64,000 nt of DNA from Octopus vulgaris (taxonomy: Eukaryota). The position numbers and the translations under genes are program-made. This document shows positions 11,831 through 25,120 of the stretch, in pieces (the stretch's first letter is position 1; each line of letters starts with the position of its first letter). Under the pieces are notes generated by a model that was given only the letters and a program-made list of their open reading frames with translations, did not search any database and had not been told where the DNA came from. The DNA is taken from contig OX597815.1 in NCBI GenBank assembly GCA_951406725.2, positions 73,656,001-73,720,000 on the forward strand. The letters are read 5' to 3'.

Positions 11831-13315
11831 CCCACAGCAGAATATTGGTGAGAGGACAGTCTTCCCCTCCAGTTGCCAGCAAGGGATTTCGCTTACTTAC
11901 TTACATACTGCAACATAGTTTGTTCTAATAGAACATCCATGTTTAAGTGAGGATAAATATTAAACTAAGTTAACCCAACACCTCACACATTATCACCATT
12001 GTCAGTATTTAACATCTGTTTCTCATGCTGACATGGATTGGATGGTTTCACAGGATCTGGTGAGCCAGACAACTACTTTGGAATGGTTTCTACAGCTGGA
12101 TACACTTCCTGACGCCAACTATTTTCCAGAGTGGATTGAGTGCTTCTGTTGAGTGCTTCTGCTGGCACTAGTGAGGTTACTAGGTAATTTTCAATACTAT
12201 ACCCTCACTCAGCTGAGTTGGGGTGTTGTATTGAGGAAGGGGGCTTTATGCTAAGTATTGAGAGGTTAAAATATGATAGAGAGACAGAAACAAGATACCT
12301 TGAAGTAAGAAGACACATATCTACCACGCTTAAATAAAAAGAGATGATGGTGGTGATGAGTTGTTAGGGAAGATACAGGAAGATGAATATAAGTTGAACA
12401 GAGAATTGGAAAGGGTGTGTGAGAAGGTGAGCAAACAACACATTAATTTATTGGAGTCTCAATATGTATTTTATGATATAACCAGGTCTACATCTCACTC
12501 ATCCTATTGGTTTTGGTAGAATTACTTGGTGGTAGCCAACGTGTGCACATACCTAACACCACCACTATTATATATGGAACCAATGCAGTAGATATATATA
12601 TAAACAGGGCTGATTTAGCTGTTTCTCTGAAGATTGAGAAAATGATGAACAGCCTTATTTGATTTTCAAAACTTACTGGGTTCCCACCAGAGGTGTGACA
12701 TGCTTATCCCATTCATACAAACAGTGACTGGTAACTGAAGTGATTAATTAAATCTAGAGCAAGAAATTCAGAATGCAATTTAATCCTGTAGTGAGGTTCC
12801 AGCTCAGGAGCCCAAGAGTTTTAGTGAATATGGAGTTACTCCTTAGTCACTATCCACTCTAGCCTGGGATGACAGTTACGAGTCAAATAGCAGGAGTCAG
12901 TCCTGTGGCTAAGACATACAGGACTCAGAGACAAGCTGGCCTCTAGATATATGTCACACAGGTCTACTGGGGTAGTGTCGATATGTCCAATGCTTCAGAA
13001 GACAGGAGAGGAAACTTTAAATAAACCAGCTTCTCACAATAAAAAGCTACTGCTTTATCTTCCCCACAAAAAATCATGCAGCTACAGGCGTTGATATAGA
13101 GTTCCATGATCACAAACACCATGCCTGTAGCTTTGACACAGGAAGAGAGATGCTATGCAACTGTAATTAATTGTTATTCCATAAACCCATCACTGTATAC
13201 CTGTGTAGAAAGCAATGTGGCTGTGAGGTAAAGTTACTGGATTATAAATTACAAGATCATTGAATCATACCTTACTATAGCTACTGTGTTGTAGTAGCCC
13301 TGGGCCTGGTCTAAG

Positions 13316-13534
13316 TATGAGGGAGTGCTGAAAAGTTCCTTGCTTTAAGGGTATCGTGAAAGGCCTGGTTGGAGACCCAACCTTTTGAGTTCTTTTACAG
13401 GACTTAGAAAAACTAAAGGACTGCTGCAATAAGTGTGAGTCTGAGAGAGGAATATGTTGCATAAAGTCATAATTAACTGATCCTCCCATATTTTCTTTTA
13501 CCCAAAGCCAAGAACTTTTCATCACCCCCTCATA
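13316..13534 (+). mobile_element. mariner-derived MITE
   Basis: TA-flanked TIRs of about 29 bp, tgagggagtgctgaaaagttcc / agaacttttcatcaccccctca; internal LEKLKDCCNKC..RGEYV-like transposase C-terminus. Confidence 0.8.
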
Positions 13535-13602
13535 AAAGTAGAATGCCCAATGTCCCTGATGTGAAATTAAACAAAATATTCAACAGACGCCTGATGTCTA
13601 TA

Positions 13603-13771
13603 GCACTAGTGTAGCTAGAGTGTGTGCTGCCTGGGGCAACCCTTCTGTTTGCTGCTCCTGGATCCCACATAAAACACGTTGCCTACAGCAATAGCCTACA
13701 ACAGGATGAAAAGTGCTGCCCAGGGTGGACCACCCCTATGCCTTCCATCACTACCACCAGCTATGCTAGTG
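13603..13771. mobile_element. hAT-like MITE (cactagcgtagct TIR family)
   Basis: TIRs cactagtgtagct/agctatgctagtg; near-perfect 8-bp TSD gtctatag/gtctatgg; sister copies at about 17278-17446 and 26090-26252. Confidence 0.75.
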
Positions 13772-14260
13772 GTCTATGGGCATATTGGTGATCTTAGAGT
13801 ACACCACATTAGGTCATGGAGATTTGCAAATACCTACATGGAATCACCTGTTTTCTATTTGCTCTCAGCTGTTCATTGGTCTGAAATATTACAATCACCG
13901 ATTCTGTCTATCACTGCTAGTCACACCTCAGAGGCTGTGAACCAGTTATCGAATGCTGTGATGAGGGCCAAGGGAAGTAAGCAGTACAAATACTCATCAC
14001 TGCTAGACACATTTAGCTTTGAACTAGTGATGAAAACAACTGGTTTCACTAGTAAATCAATGAAGCTTTTTATTAATGGTATTGGGGTAAAGATAGTTGA
14101 AGTGATGGGTGAAGTGGCTTCTACTTCAAGGCAACAAATTGGTTTGGCAATCGTTTTGTGGTAATGCTTTGTGTGTTAGTGCACTGCTGAATGGGGAGGA
14201 AGAATAAAAGACAAAAACTCTTTAAAAACTAGAAAAATAAAAGATCTAAAAAAAAAAATT
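13772..14260 (+). mobile_element. CRE/R2-type (restriction-like endonuclease) non-LTR retrotransposon 3' remnant
   Basis: ORF 13679-14164 end KQYKYSSLLDTFSFELVMKTTGF...FINGIGVKIVEVMG...RQQIGLAIVLW/GNA fits the KxxKY...FxPxAxETxG...QRxxxAVxRGNA REL pattern; A-rich tail follows. Confidence 0.55.
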
Positions 14261-14329
14261 GTTTTTTAAGCAATATATATATATATATATACATATATAT
14301 GGGCAGGTTAGGGGTGGCTTCTATGCTCA

Positions 14330-14483
14330 TGTATGAGTGTGTGTGTGTTGTTTATACGAAAGTCTGTGTATGTATGTGTATGAGTGTGTATATGTGTGGT
14401 GTGTGTGTGTTGTTTATATGAAAGTATGTGTATGTATGAGTATGTGTGTGTGGTGTGTGTGTATGCATCAGTGTGAGCTTGTT

Positions 14484-14582
<99 letters not shown>

Positions 14583-14600
14583 ATATGAGTGTGAGTGCGT
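14330..14600. repeat. (TG)n microsatellite and degenerate flank
   Basis: About 80 bp of perfect (TG)n at 14499-14581. Confidence 0.95.
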
Positions 14601-15574
14601 ATGCATGTATGATATTATGTACAGAATATTATACATACACACATAAAAATAACCAACAAGCAGCATACCCCCTCACCTTTGAAATTATGCAAAAGTGTTT
14701 TTTTTTTGTAAACATGAAAGTAGTAGTAGTAGTAGTAAGTTTTTTTTTTTCTCAAAATTCACAAATAAGGATCAATACATGAAATGAATATATGAAAAGA
14801 AATAATTTAAAAAAAAAACACAAATAAATATAAAAATCAAATATATAAAAACAAAAGGACTGAAATAGAAAAATTAATTCAAGAAAAAAAGGGTTGGGGG
14901 TAGCCTGAGTGTTGGGAAACAGAAGGTGGGAGATAAATGTACTAGAGAGAAAAGAAAAAGGTGGGGTGGCTATATAGCTGTGTTCTGTGTCTTTGAAGTA
15001 AATTTGGAAACTGTGAAAAAAAAAGAGAGGTAAAGGAGGGGAGTGAGAGAGAGAGGGAGGAGGAAAAAGAAGAGGTAAAAATGAATTGAGTGGCAGTGGG
15101 AGATAGAAAGAGAATTGGTAACAAATTGGGGTGGTGGTGGTAGTGAGAATTAGGAAAGAAACAAGCAGAACATGTGTATATGTGTGTGTATGAATATGTG
15201 TTTGTATCTATATTTATCTCTCATATGTGTGTGTGTAAAATGGAATGGGGGGGATGATAAGGAGTTGAATAGAAGAATGAGAAAAAAGGTGGACTAAAAA
15301 GAAAAGAGAAGAGAAAGAGGGGGTCATAAATATGAGGGAGGAGCAGAAAAGAGAGAACAAAAGGAAATTAATAAGTGGGGAGAGAGAGAGAGAGAGAGAG
15401 AGTATAAAGGTGGGCAGAACAAGGAAAGAGAAAGAAATGAACAACAAATATATACATATAATGATGAAACAAGGCAGGGATGAATTGAAAAAGGGAACAA
15501 AGAAGGAGATATTAGAAAGACAAGATAGGACTGGGAAGACTCACACATACATACACATATATATATATATATAT

Positions 15575-15916
15575 TTGCATCCCCTTCATTGATTATGAAA
15601 AGGCTTTCAACAGCATAAAGGTGACTGCAGTGCTGAAGCCTCCGGAGATGCAAGGAGTTAAGGTACAATACATCAAATTTCCTAGGGAACTGAACTTGGG
15701 ATATATATATTACCAAGAAAATACTGTTGCCACTACCTAGCATTCATAAGAGTTCCAGTTGTCACACAATGAGTTACCATCTCTCCAAAGTCCTCACTGC
15801 ATATTTCTAAATAGCCATCAGAGACACTGACTGGAATGGTGTTATCAGCATCAACAATGATCAACAAAGAACTACTAACACACCTTTTATTCACAGACAA
15901 TATTGTGGTCATTGCA
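15575..15916 (+). mobile_element. RTE LINE RT fragment interrupted by a SINE B
   Basis: FIDYEKAFNSI, VTQ*VTISPK, LTHLLFTDNIVVIA; the SINE at 15917-16111 is flanked by TSD aatattgtggtcattgca / aatattgggggtcattgca. Confidence 0.8.
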
Positions 15917-17689
15917 AGGCAGCAAGCTGGCAGAAATGTTAGCACACAGGGTGAAATGCTTAGCGATGTTTTGTCTGTCTTTACGTTCTGAGTTCAAATT
16001 CCGCCAAGGTCGACTTTGCCTTTCATTCTTTTGGGGTCGATAAATAAAGTATCAGTTGTGTACTGGGGTCAATCTAATCAAATTTCAAGCCTTGTGCCTA
16101 AAGTAGATAAGAATATTGGGGGTCATTGCAGGACCCTCAGATCAGCTGGACACCCACTGTTCAGCAGTTGACCTCAAAATAAGACATGTTGTAAAACAAA
16201 ACACAAGCAATCAGAAAGCATAGTAGAAAGCTATGGCATGTACTGGACTCATGATCATAAGATTGTGTGTTCAATTCATAGGCTGAGTGACATATTGTGT
16301 TCTTGAGTAAGGCATGTTATTTCATTTTGTAACAGTTAAAACTTAGCCGAAGTTGTGTTTTAACTGAATGTTTGTGTAACCATGTTTACCTCCAGCTGTC
16401 ATATCCTCAGTGTTTTGTGGGGTCAAAGAATCATCATCATTATTATTCATCTTCCATGCTGGAATAGGTTGACCAATTTGATAGATAAAAACCAAGTGAT
16501 CAGAGGCTTGCATTGTGCTCCTATGTCCTTTTTGTGGTTTTCTACAGCTGGAAGCCCTTCCTCATGCCAACCAACCACATAATAGCATGTACTGGATGCT
16601 TTTGTTTCATGGCATAAAACTCTAGTAAGGTTGCCATGTACACCAGAAAAACTAAGATCCCCATCAGCTGAAAGGGACTAGAGTATAGAGGGTAGCAGCT
16701 TTATGCTGGATGATGAAGGAAGGGGTCAGGATGGATACATAGCTGCTCATATTATATAAGAGTGGGTGGGATAATTGGTATGGAGCTGGAAAAAAAGATA
16801 AAGATGGTGGTGAGATGTTATGGGGAGATTGTGTGTGTGTGGAAGAACAAGAAGAGGGTATAAAGATGGCAAGGGTGTATAGAGAAATAGAGGGACGAAA
16901 AGAAGTAGGGTAGGAGTGTGAATGTATTGAATGAGGAGCAAAGAAAGAGAAATTAAGATGGTGTTGACAAGATGTTGAGGTGGGTCTAGAGAGGGAGGTG
17001 GGCAGAAGAACAGGAAGAGGGGCTGGATAGAGATAGTAATGGAAAGTAAGAAATGGTGAGAAATGGGGTAGGAATTCAGACCATGCTTCTGTTAGTGGTC
17101 TTAGATACCTATGTAATCATGAGCAGACAGAGATGACTGCTCAACCCTCCACTCTTGACCTAGCAGAAAATCAGGATGTGACCACTGGTAGGAGAAAGGA
17201 CTGGCCAGTAGTTAATTGGTGCTTATTTTCAGGAGAGTAGAATGAAGCAGTATGAAATGAAGTAACTTGGTGAAGGACACAGCATAGCTAGAGGGGAACA
17301 GAGAGAGTGGTCCACTCCACATGGCACTTTTATTGGAGTAGCGCCACTTTTGGGTCAGCTGTAGGCATTATGTATTTTTTGTGAGGGCCCAGGGGTGGCA
17401 AACTGAAGGGCCACCACAGGCAGCACACACTCTAGCTATGCTAGTGCTACAACTGGATGACCATGAGCCAAACACACTAAGAAATAGGTCATGTGCTTAA
17501 TATACACATATATACATATACATATATACATATACATACATACGAGGGTGGAAGTCGACTTGTGACCAAGTAAGACCACTTCCTAAACTCAGTAAGTCTA
17601 TGCAAATGTTCCAAGAGTCCAAGAAGTTTCTGTGCATGAATTTGCTTTGAGTGGATAAAGTTGCACAAAGAAATGCCAATCCATTAAAG

Positions 17690-18102
17690 TGGAGATAAGT
17701 TGTGGAAGAGGGAGACCCAGGAAGACATGGGGTGAATATTGAAGGCCGATCTCAGAACACTGAACCATATGAAGAAGATGGCAGAGGACTGAGACATGTG
17801 GTGCATTGCTGTACTCAAGAAGACCCTCTCACCACAACAGAACTGAGATCCTGAAACCAAAGTGCCATGTAAAAGGCATTGGCATGGCTGCTGGTGACAT
17901 GTAAAAAGTACTGGTAATGGTGTCACATAAAAAGCACCCAGCACACTCTGTGGAGTGGTTGGTATTAGGAAGGGCATCCAGTTGTAGAAACCAAACCAAA
18001 ACAGACTATGGAATCCCAGTGCAGCCTTTGGCCTTGCCAGCTCCAGTCAAGTTGTCCAATGCATGCCAGCATGGAAAATAGACATTAAATGTTGATGATG
18101 AA
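17690..18102 (+). mobile_element. 5'-truncated RTE LINE (C-terminus plus 3' UTR)
   Basis: CGRGRPRKTWGE...DLRTLN...DMWCIAVLKKT, then acatgtaaaaagcacc repeats and a (GAT)n tail. Confidence 0.75.
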
Positions 18103-18199
18103 AGTGTTGCAAAGCACTGAATGAACATTTCAGCACAGTTGGCTATAACACAAGTGGCACAACAGAGGTTGAGATGACCAGAAACCAAGTGCACTTCAG

Positions 18200-18790
18200 G
18201 TTTTTTTTCAAATGAGCTTACCTTCTCTTAGAAGGATTTTTCTAACAAGAATTAGGGGTCCTTCACTCTCAGTGGTTCACATGCTAGTTGATGAACCTGC
18301 ATGTAACTGAAAGTCAACTGCAGGTTCATCAAAGAAAATCTGTTTGGGGAGTCTGACGTCAGGTATGCGCATTACATTTCCACTCCTCCACAGCTGGAAT
18401 TTACTATGGAAAACATATATGCTTGACATATTAGCTCTCTCAGGCACACGTGCATTGAGAATTTTATCCCACCAATCGAGGTTAAGAATGTTTTGCAGGT
18501 ATGTTAGGTGAAAATAGTCAAGGTTTTTGACATGTCTTTGGTAAACTATTCAGGTTTCATAACCATAATGTAGTATAGTAATGATGGCAGCTTTGTATAT
18601 GTCACATTTTATTTTTATAGACCGACAATGACTTTTTCCAAACCTTGTGATGAAGACATCAAAAGGCAGAGCTAGCTTTTACTATTCTTACATTCACTTC
18701 ATCATCACTGTGAACGTTCCTTGATACTGTACTTCCAAGTTAAGTGAATCTCTCTACAGCACATGTGACAACAATGGAAAAATTCAGATA
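18200..18790 (-). mobile_element. RTE-BovB-like LINE fragment
   Basis: AVERFT*LGSTVSRNVHSDDEVNVRIVKASSAF...IYKAAIITILHYGYET*...WWDKILN...RIPDVRLPKQIFF. Confidence 0.85.
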
Positions 18791-20909
18791 AGCAAACCTC
18801 TAACTTCAAAGATCCTCATCATTCATTCTCTAACTTCATTTTTTTTATTGTTGTCCCTATCACAAGGTGGTGAACTGGCAGAATCATTAGCATGCCAGAC
18901 AAAATGCATTGTGGCATTTCATCCATCTTTATTTTCTGTGTTCAAATTCCCCTGAGGCGAACTTTGCCATTTGTCTTTTTGGTTGATAAAATAAGTAGCA
19001 GTCAAGTACTGAGATTAATGTGACTAACCTCTCCCCTCAAAAAACTGCTGGCCCTGTGCCAAAGTTTGAAACCTTTATTGTCCCTACTAAGAACAGGTCT
19101 AATTACTCACAGACACACATACACACACACACATCCTGACTCCACGCAAAAAGAAACTTACTGTCTCCCTCATACTACTGCTTCTCTCTTCTGTCTAGAT
19201 CTTCTGACATCATCCCCCTCTCTTCTAATTCCCTCCTTGTTCATCTAGGTAAAAGTACACATGCAAGATTATTGAGTGCTCTCAGCACATAAATGCCTTC
19301 CTCACTCATTTCTGGCTGCACTGCTGGATTTGCACCCTTCCCCCACTGGTCTACATACCTTAGCCCTGAATGCTCTCTACAAACTTGATGAGCTGTAGAA
19401 AAAAATTATGTACATCAAAGGTTTTTCTAGAGCCCAGCAAACTTCCACAATAGTCAGAAACATGAGTACATGACTGTCTTTTTAGACAATAAGCCTGTCC
19501 TTTTCTTTAATGGCATGTCAACTTGGAGAATTTTTCACTCTTGAGATTATCTTCCCTTATTGCCATTTGGTGATACATCTCCTAGAGGCAGGGATAATGT
19601 TAATAAATCAAGAACTTGTATTGTTTGGTATTTGATATACCTTTCTTTGTCTATATGAACATAACACTGGTCTAGAACCAACAAGAAGCCATACACACAC
19701 TAACTGCTAGCGCTGTGGAATTTACAAACAGACTGACTTGGAGTTACATGGGATTATTGTCATTCCTGAGAATGACAATATTCTCATGTCTGAACATATA
19801 TCTGAACATGTTTCAACTTGCAGGTTACTGACACTGACCAAATTTATTCTACCAACATTATCAAATTTTTTTCCCTGCCAAAATAAATTATACTAGTTTT
19901 ACATTGCTTTAAAGACTCCCTTGGTTTTACTCAAGAATCATATATATCATTGTATAATATATTTTCCAGGTTTATTCATAGAAATAACAAAAGAAACCAA
20001 CTTTAAAATAACAGTGGGACTTTATTCCTTCGTACAAAGGATCAAAGCAAGAAACATTACAAATTCTGTTGGTTGTTCTTCCCCCATCATTTTGATAATT
20101 CAGCTTGGATCATCATTGGTTATATGGGCTCCATTATATATTAATTCTTCTCTGAAAATGGCAGGATCTGCATAACTCACCTTGATGAAAAAACTCTCAC
20201 CCCTCTGACTTGTAAATAATTTGTCATATCAAATGGAAAAAAAGAGGCTTCAGAACAGATACAAGATTAGTTGTTTGAAATATATTACATGCAATGTGAT
20301 TGGACCTTTGATCTAATTCCTATGCAATACTCAACCAATCATAACACAGGACTCAACAACTGTCCAACAACTCATATGGTAGGTATGTTAACCAATCATT
20401 ACAGATTAACGTGGTGAGCCTATATAAGTCAACTTAAATGTTTTCAATATGTAGTAACATTAATGTCTGCTTTCCATGGGATCATCATCAGCTGGTGAGC
20501 AAGAGGTCTGCACTAAGCCCCAGTGGCTTGGTTTCTATAGCTGGATGCCCTTCCTGGTACCAACTACTTTACAGAGTGTACTGGGAGATTTTTTTTCTTA
20601 GCATTGACACTATTCAAATCACTAAGTAATTCACAAGACAAGATCTTAAACCAGTGTCTTGCTGAAGAAGAGATACATGGCTTAATGCTAAAATATTTAT
20701 TTACAATTATATTGGTTTCAAAGTTTGGCACAAGATCAGCAATTTCAGGAGAGGGGGTAAGCTGATTACATTGACCCAGTGTACAACAGGTACTTATTTT
20801 ATCGACCTAAAAAGGATGAAAGACAAAGTCGACCTTGGTGGAATTTGAACTCAGAACATTACAACAAATGAAATACCAATAAGCATTTTGCCTGGCATGA
20901 TTACAATTC

Positions 20910-21261
20910 AGACGCAGTTTGTGATGTTGGGTGCGAAAATACCTTAAGCTAAGCCCCAATGCAATAAGTTCATAAAAGAATCATCCATAACTTGCAGCAA
21001 GCAACATTTATTAAATGTTATTACTGTTATTTCTTTATTTTCTGCAAACAAAATGCACAAAAAAGCTAAATGTTTGCATCATGTTATATATACAATAACG
21101 ATAAAGGATGTTACCGTATACCTTTTTACAAACCAAGGACATTATATAGACCTCCTTGACTCAAGTTAGAGAAGGGGTATGTATTATACACAAGGTTTAG
21201 GTTTTTCAGAGGTACAGCCCCCTAAAAATCCCCTGCGTATTATACTCAAGGATTTACGGTA
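20910..21261. mobile_element. pogo/Tigger-like DNA transposon end
   Basis: Terminates in gcgtattatactcaaggatttacgg-ta, a TACCGTA-type TIR, with a subterminal repeat of gtattatac. Only one end seen. Confidence 0.5.
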
Positions 21262-22857
21262 TACATATACATATATATATATATATGCTGAGACTCCCTT
21301 CAGTCATGACTGACCATGGGATTGCACCTAGAAAGTTCCCCTCCAAGACACAAGTCCAGGCAAGGTTGTTTATAGAAGACCAGCAGTCGCCCATGCATAC
21401 TGGCCTCCCCTCTCTACACAACCAGTGTTATCCAATGGAAAGGCAAAGGCTGATACAGGTTGACAACTTATTTCTACAGCTGAGTGAACTGGAGCAACAT
21501 GAAATAAAGTGTCTTGCTCAAGAACACAACATGCAGCCCAGTCTGGGATTCGAACTCACAACATCACAATCATAAGCTCAATACTCTAACCACTGAACCA
21601 TGCACCTTAACATATACATATATATTTATATTATTGTGTCTGGGGAGAGTCATTCTTTTTTAGTGCCTTATTATTTAATACACTCAACAGTTCGATTGCC
21701 ACTCATTTACTCATTTATTAGAGCTGCGTTCTTTTTGTTTGTTTGTTTCTTTGTGTACATGTGTGTGCATCAGTGTGCATGTGTGTGCATTTGTGTGTGT
21801 GTGTGTGTGCATATAGATATATATATGTGTGTGTACATATATATACATATACTAGCAGGGTTACCCAGCATTGCCCGTGTTACATGCAATTGAAGAATTA
21901 GGCTTTTCTGTTATATTTTCTGTGATGCATTACAAATCTATAGCAATTGGAAGGGCATGACCCAACTGAAATAAACATTAACAACTGTGTGATGTGATGG
22001 CTAAGGAGAAATGAAAGTTGAAGTTTGCAAATGAGCAATATATTGATAAGTAACTGGACAGAATAATTTTACAATCTATAAATGTCTTTGAATAACCAGT
22101 CACTCATCTGGGAAGGCCTTGAAATCAATGTTACCATCTGGGGACTATGTGTAACCCAGTGATAATAAAAAGACTGAAAGGAGGTCTGCAATCAAATAAC
22201 TTTACTCAACACTTTGCAACTGAATCAGTGGAAGCAAAGATGCCTCTCATTTACTTGACAATTTATGTAGCACATTGCAGAAATCACAGTGTAAGTGTAT
22301 GTCAAAGCAAATTGTTACACTGTTGTACCATTGAATTACAAATAATGCTCATCTTTTATGCTCAGGTGACCCTACAGCTTCCAAGAGTACAACTGTATTT
22401 GTCTTTGCTTAGATAAAATGACTAAACCGTGGGTGTTAAGTCCCCATTAAGGGGTCTTTCTAACTTGTAAAAAGACACACATCTTTATTGCCCACAGGGG
22501 GCTAAACATAGAGGGGACAAACAAGAACAGACAAAGGGGTTAAGTCGATTACATCGACCCCAGTGCATAACTGGTACTTATTTAAATGACCCCAAAAGGA
22601 TAAAAGGCAAAGTCAACCTTGGCGGAATTTGAACTTAGAACGTAACAGCAGATGAAATACTGCTAAGCATTTCACCCAGCGTGCTAACGTTTCTGCTAGC
22701 TCACTGCCTTTATATATGTGTGCATACACACACACGCATGTGCACTCACACACACACATAGTGTAAGATAGCAGAGCTGGTGTTAATGATATACAAATAA
22801 AATTTTTTCTGAATCATGTGTGTGTGCATGTGTGCATGCGTGCATGTGTGTATATGT

Positions 22858-22898
<41 letters not shown>

Positions 22899-23858
22899 CA
22901 CACGTGTGTGTGTATGTGTGTGTGTGTGTATGTGTGTGTGAGCACAAGAATGTATATGTGAGATAGAAAGATAGATAGTGAACGAAAGGAAAAGATTATA
23001 GAACATACAGTAGAATCAAGATAAAAATGAATGAAAAAGAGAGACAGTGGGCGGGGGGAGATCTTCAGAGGTTGTGAATCTTGCAAAAGTGAAAAAAAAA
23101 AAAAAAAGAAAAAGAAAAAAAAGGAAAACAGGAGGAAAAAAAACCCCAGAAGACCTGACTAGATTAGAATGGGGAGAAAGCAGAACAAATTTGAAGTAAA
23201 TAATATTCCAAGGTGAATGAAAAAGAATGTCAACTGAAAATTAGAATGGAAACCCAGAGGGGAAATAAAAAGTTCATCTACAACATAAAATGTATTTTAT
23301 ATTTTGGGTGTAGAGGGAGGCATGATAGATAGTGGCAAGAATTTCTGGAACATGCTAGTATGACCCCCACCCCACCCCACCCTCTCCACTCCCCATTCAA
23401 AATAGCAGCCTTTTTATTTCTTTTTTTTCCTTCTCACCAACTGTCTCACCTTTGCCGTTATCATTTGACAGCATGTATTTCCCTTCTCTTATCACGCTGT
23501 ATAATGACGTGACTTTGGTGTTCCTTATTTTCTTGTCCTATTTCCAGACACTCCAATCACCAAGTTTTAAAAAAGAATTACCTAGTTTGATTTCTCTTTC
23601 CTCTTCTTTCTTTTTTCCTTATTTCCATACTTCTCTCTCCTTTTCACTCTTCTCTCTCCTTCTTTTCACTCTTTATTTTCACACTTCTCTCTCATTCCTT
23701 TCACCCTCTTCGTCCTTTTCCTTTATAATGGTAAGGAGTAATTCAAAGGAGATTTGGTTGTTATTTCTAGAAAGCCAAACAAACCTATCAAGAATTACTC
23801 TCACATTGCTGCTGTGGTTGTTAAATCATCCTCTTGTTAAAGATCTTATCAAATAGAT

Positions 23859-24152
23859 CAGGGGTTCCCAACCTTATTTTGCTTGTGGACCACCTGAGAG
23901 CTATCTTATCATCTGTGGACCCCATATATGCACATGTAAATTTTTTAAATAAAATATTTGTTTATAGGTTAGTAAAAACTAATAATGAAAGAATTTTGTT
24001 ATATTCATAGCATAAATTGCAAATACAAATCTTGAAACTTTCAATAAATACAGGTACCTCTCCTAGTAAACAAAATTTATATGTGGACCCACAAATTACA
24101 GTTTTTTACTCATGGACTTAAAGCTTCTGTGGACCCCCGTTGGGAACCCCTG
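23859..24152. mobile_element. hAT (Charlie-like) MITE
   Basis: TIRs caggggttcccaac / gttgggaacccctg; perfect 8-bp TSD aaatagat. Confidence 0.9.
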
Positions 24153-24329
24153 AAATAGATCAATGATAAAAAAGGGAACCATTTCAACTAAACAAAGCAT
24201 TCATTTAAATAGCATTTCTAACAAAAGCTGTTCTGTGTTCCAATTAAGCTTAAAGTTTTCAGTCTGTCTTGGAAATGCATTTTCTGGCCTCATTAGGATC
24301 AGTTACCATACTGAAATTCACCTGTTTAT

Positions 24330-24690
24330 AACAATTTCTTTAGAAGCCAATGATCTGGCATGTGAACTACCGTCCATGATCTGCCTAGCTTCAACATCAA
24401 CCCTAGAGTGAAAGCAGATAGGCCTAGACTGAAAAGAATGGTGCACAACAGTCTGTAAGGGTTTCAAGACATGCTTGAGGCATACAAAATGCAGAGTGAC
24501 TGCAGCTATGCATTGCAGACATGTAAGAAAGGAAAATATCATTGTATCTCCTGTTATTGCCTGCATTCCTTGTCCACATTGTCAAAGACACTTCTGTACA
24601 ATAGATTGCAGGAACTAGCCATCCAGTGACTCATAATACCTGGTCACTCTAGGTTGGTCAATTTGTTCTCTTTGGATTGAAGGACAAATA
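24330..24690 (+). mobile_element. RTE-BovB-like LINE 3' end
   Basis: WCTTVCKG...IPCPHCQRHFCT zinc-finger remnant and gattgaaggacaaat terminus. Confidence 0.6.
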
Positions 24691-24799
24691 ATATAGCATT
24701 GTCTTTATTGTGGAACATTCCCACAAACCTACTTACTCACTCTACCATTTCTCTATATTCATCTTTCTGTAACTTGAGGGTAACAGAGGATTACAATGA

Positions 24800-25120
24800 A
24801 GATGCATGGCTTAGTGGTTAGGGTATTCAGCTCACAATCGTATGGTTGTGAGTTCGATTCTCAGTGGTACATTGTATCCTTGAACAAAACACTTCATTTT
24901 ATGTTGCTCTAGTCCTCTCAGCTGGCAAAAATGAATTGTACCTGTATTTGAAAGGGCCAGCCTTGTCACATTCTGTGTTCTACTGAATCTCCCTGAGAAT
25001 TACATTAAGGGTATGTATGTCTGAGGTGTGCTCAGCCACTTGCATGTTAATTTCATGAGCAGGCTGTTCTGTTGATTGGATCAACTGGAACCCTCATAGT
25101 CATAACTGACAGAGTGCTAA
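24800..25120 (+). mobile_element. tRNA-derived SINE family D
   Basis: A-box tggcttagtggtt, B-box gagttcgattct, then gtatccttgaacaaaacactt; related heads at 21285-21608(-), 26058, 61830-62080(-) and 62850-63180. Confidence 0.75.

Noticed and set aside
19350-20240. Minus-strand exon-like signals (34-nt ctacag|...aag|gtatgt near 19360-19393; donor caag|gtgagt at 20181)
   Set aside because: They lie in or beside a decayed plus-strand RTE endonuclease remnant and give no consistent reading frame with other candidates.
21852-22450. Helitron Pif1 helicase remnant next to an ACTAG/hairpin terminus
   Set aside because: The terminus resembles the 31203 Helitron end, but the peptide similarity is very weak and on the unexpected strand.
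24800-24870. tRNA gene
   Set aside because: A and B boxes are present, but the cloverleaf is degenerate and runs into a multi-copy SINE body; the same holds for all tRNA-like heads in the window.
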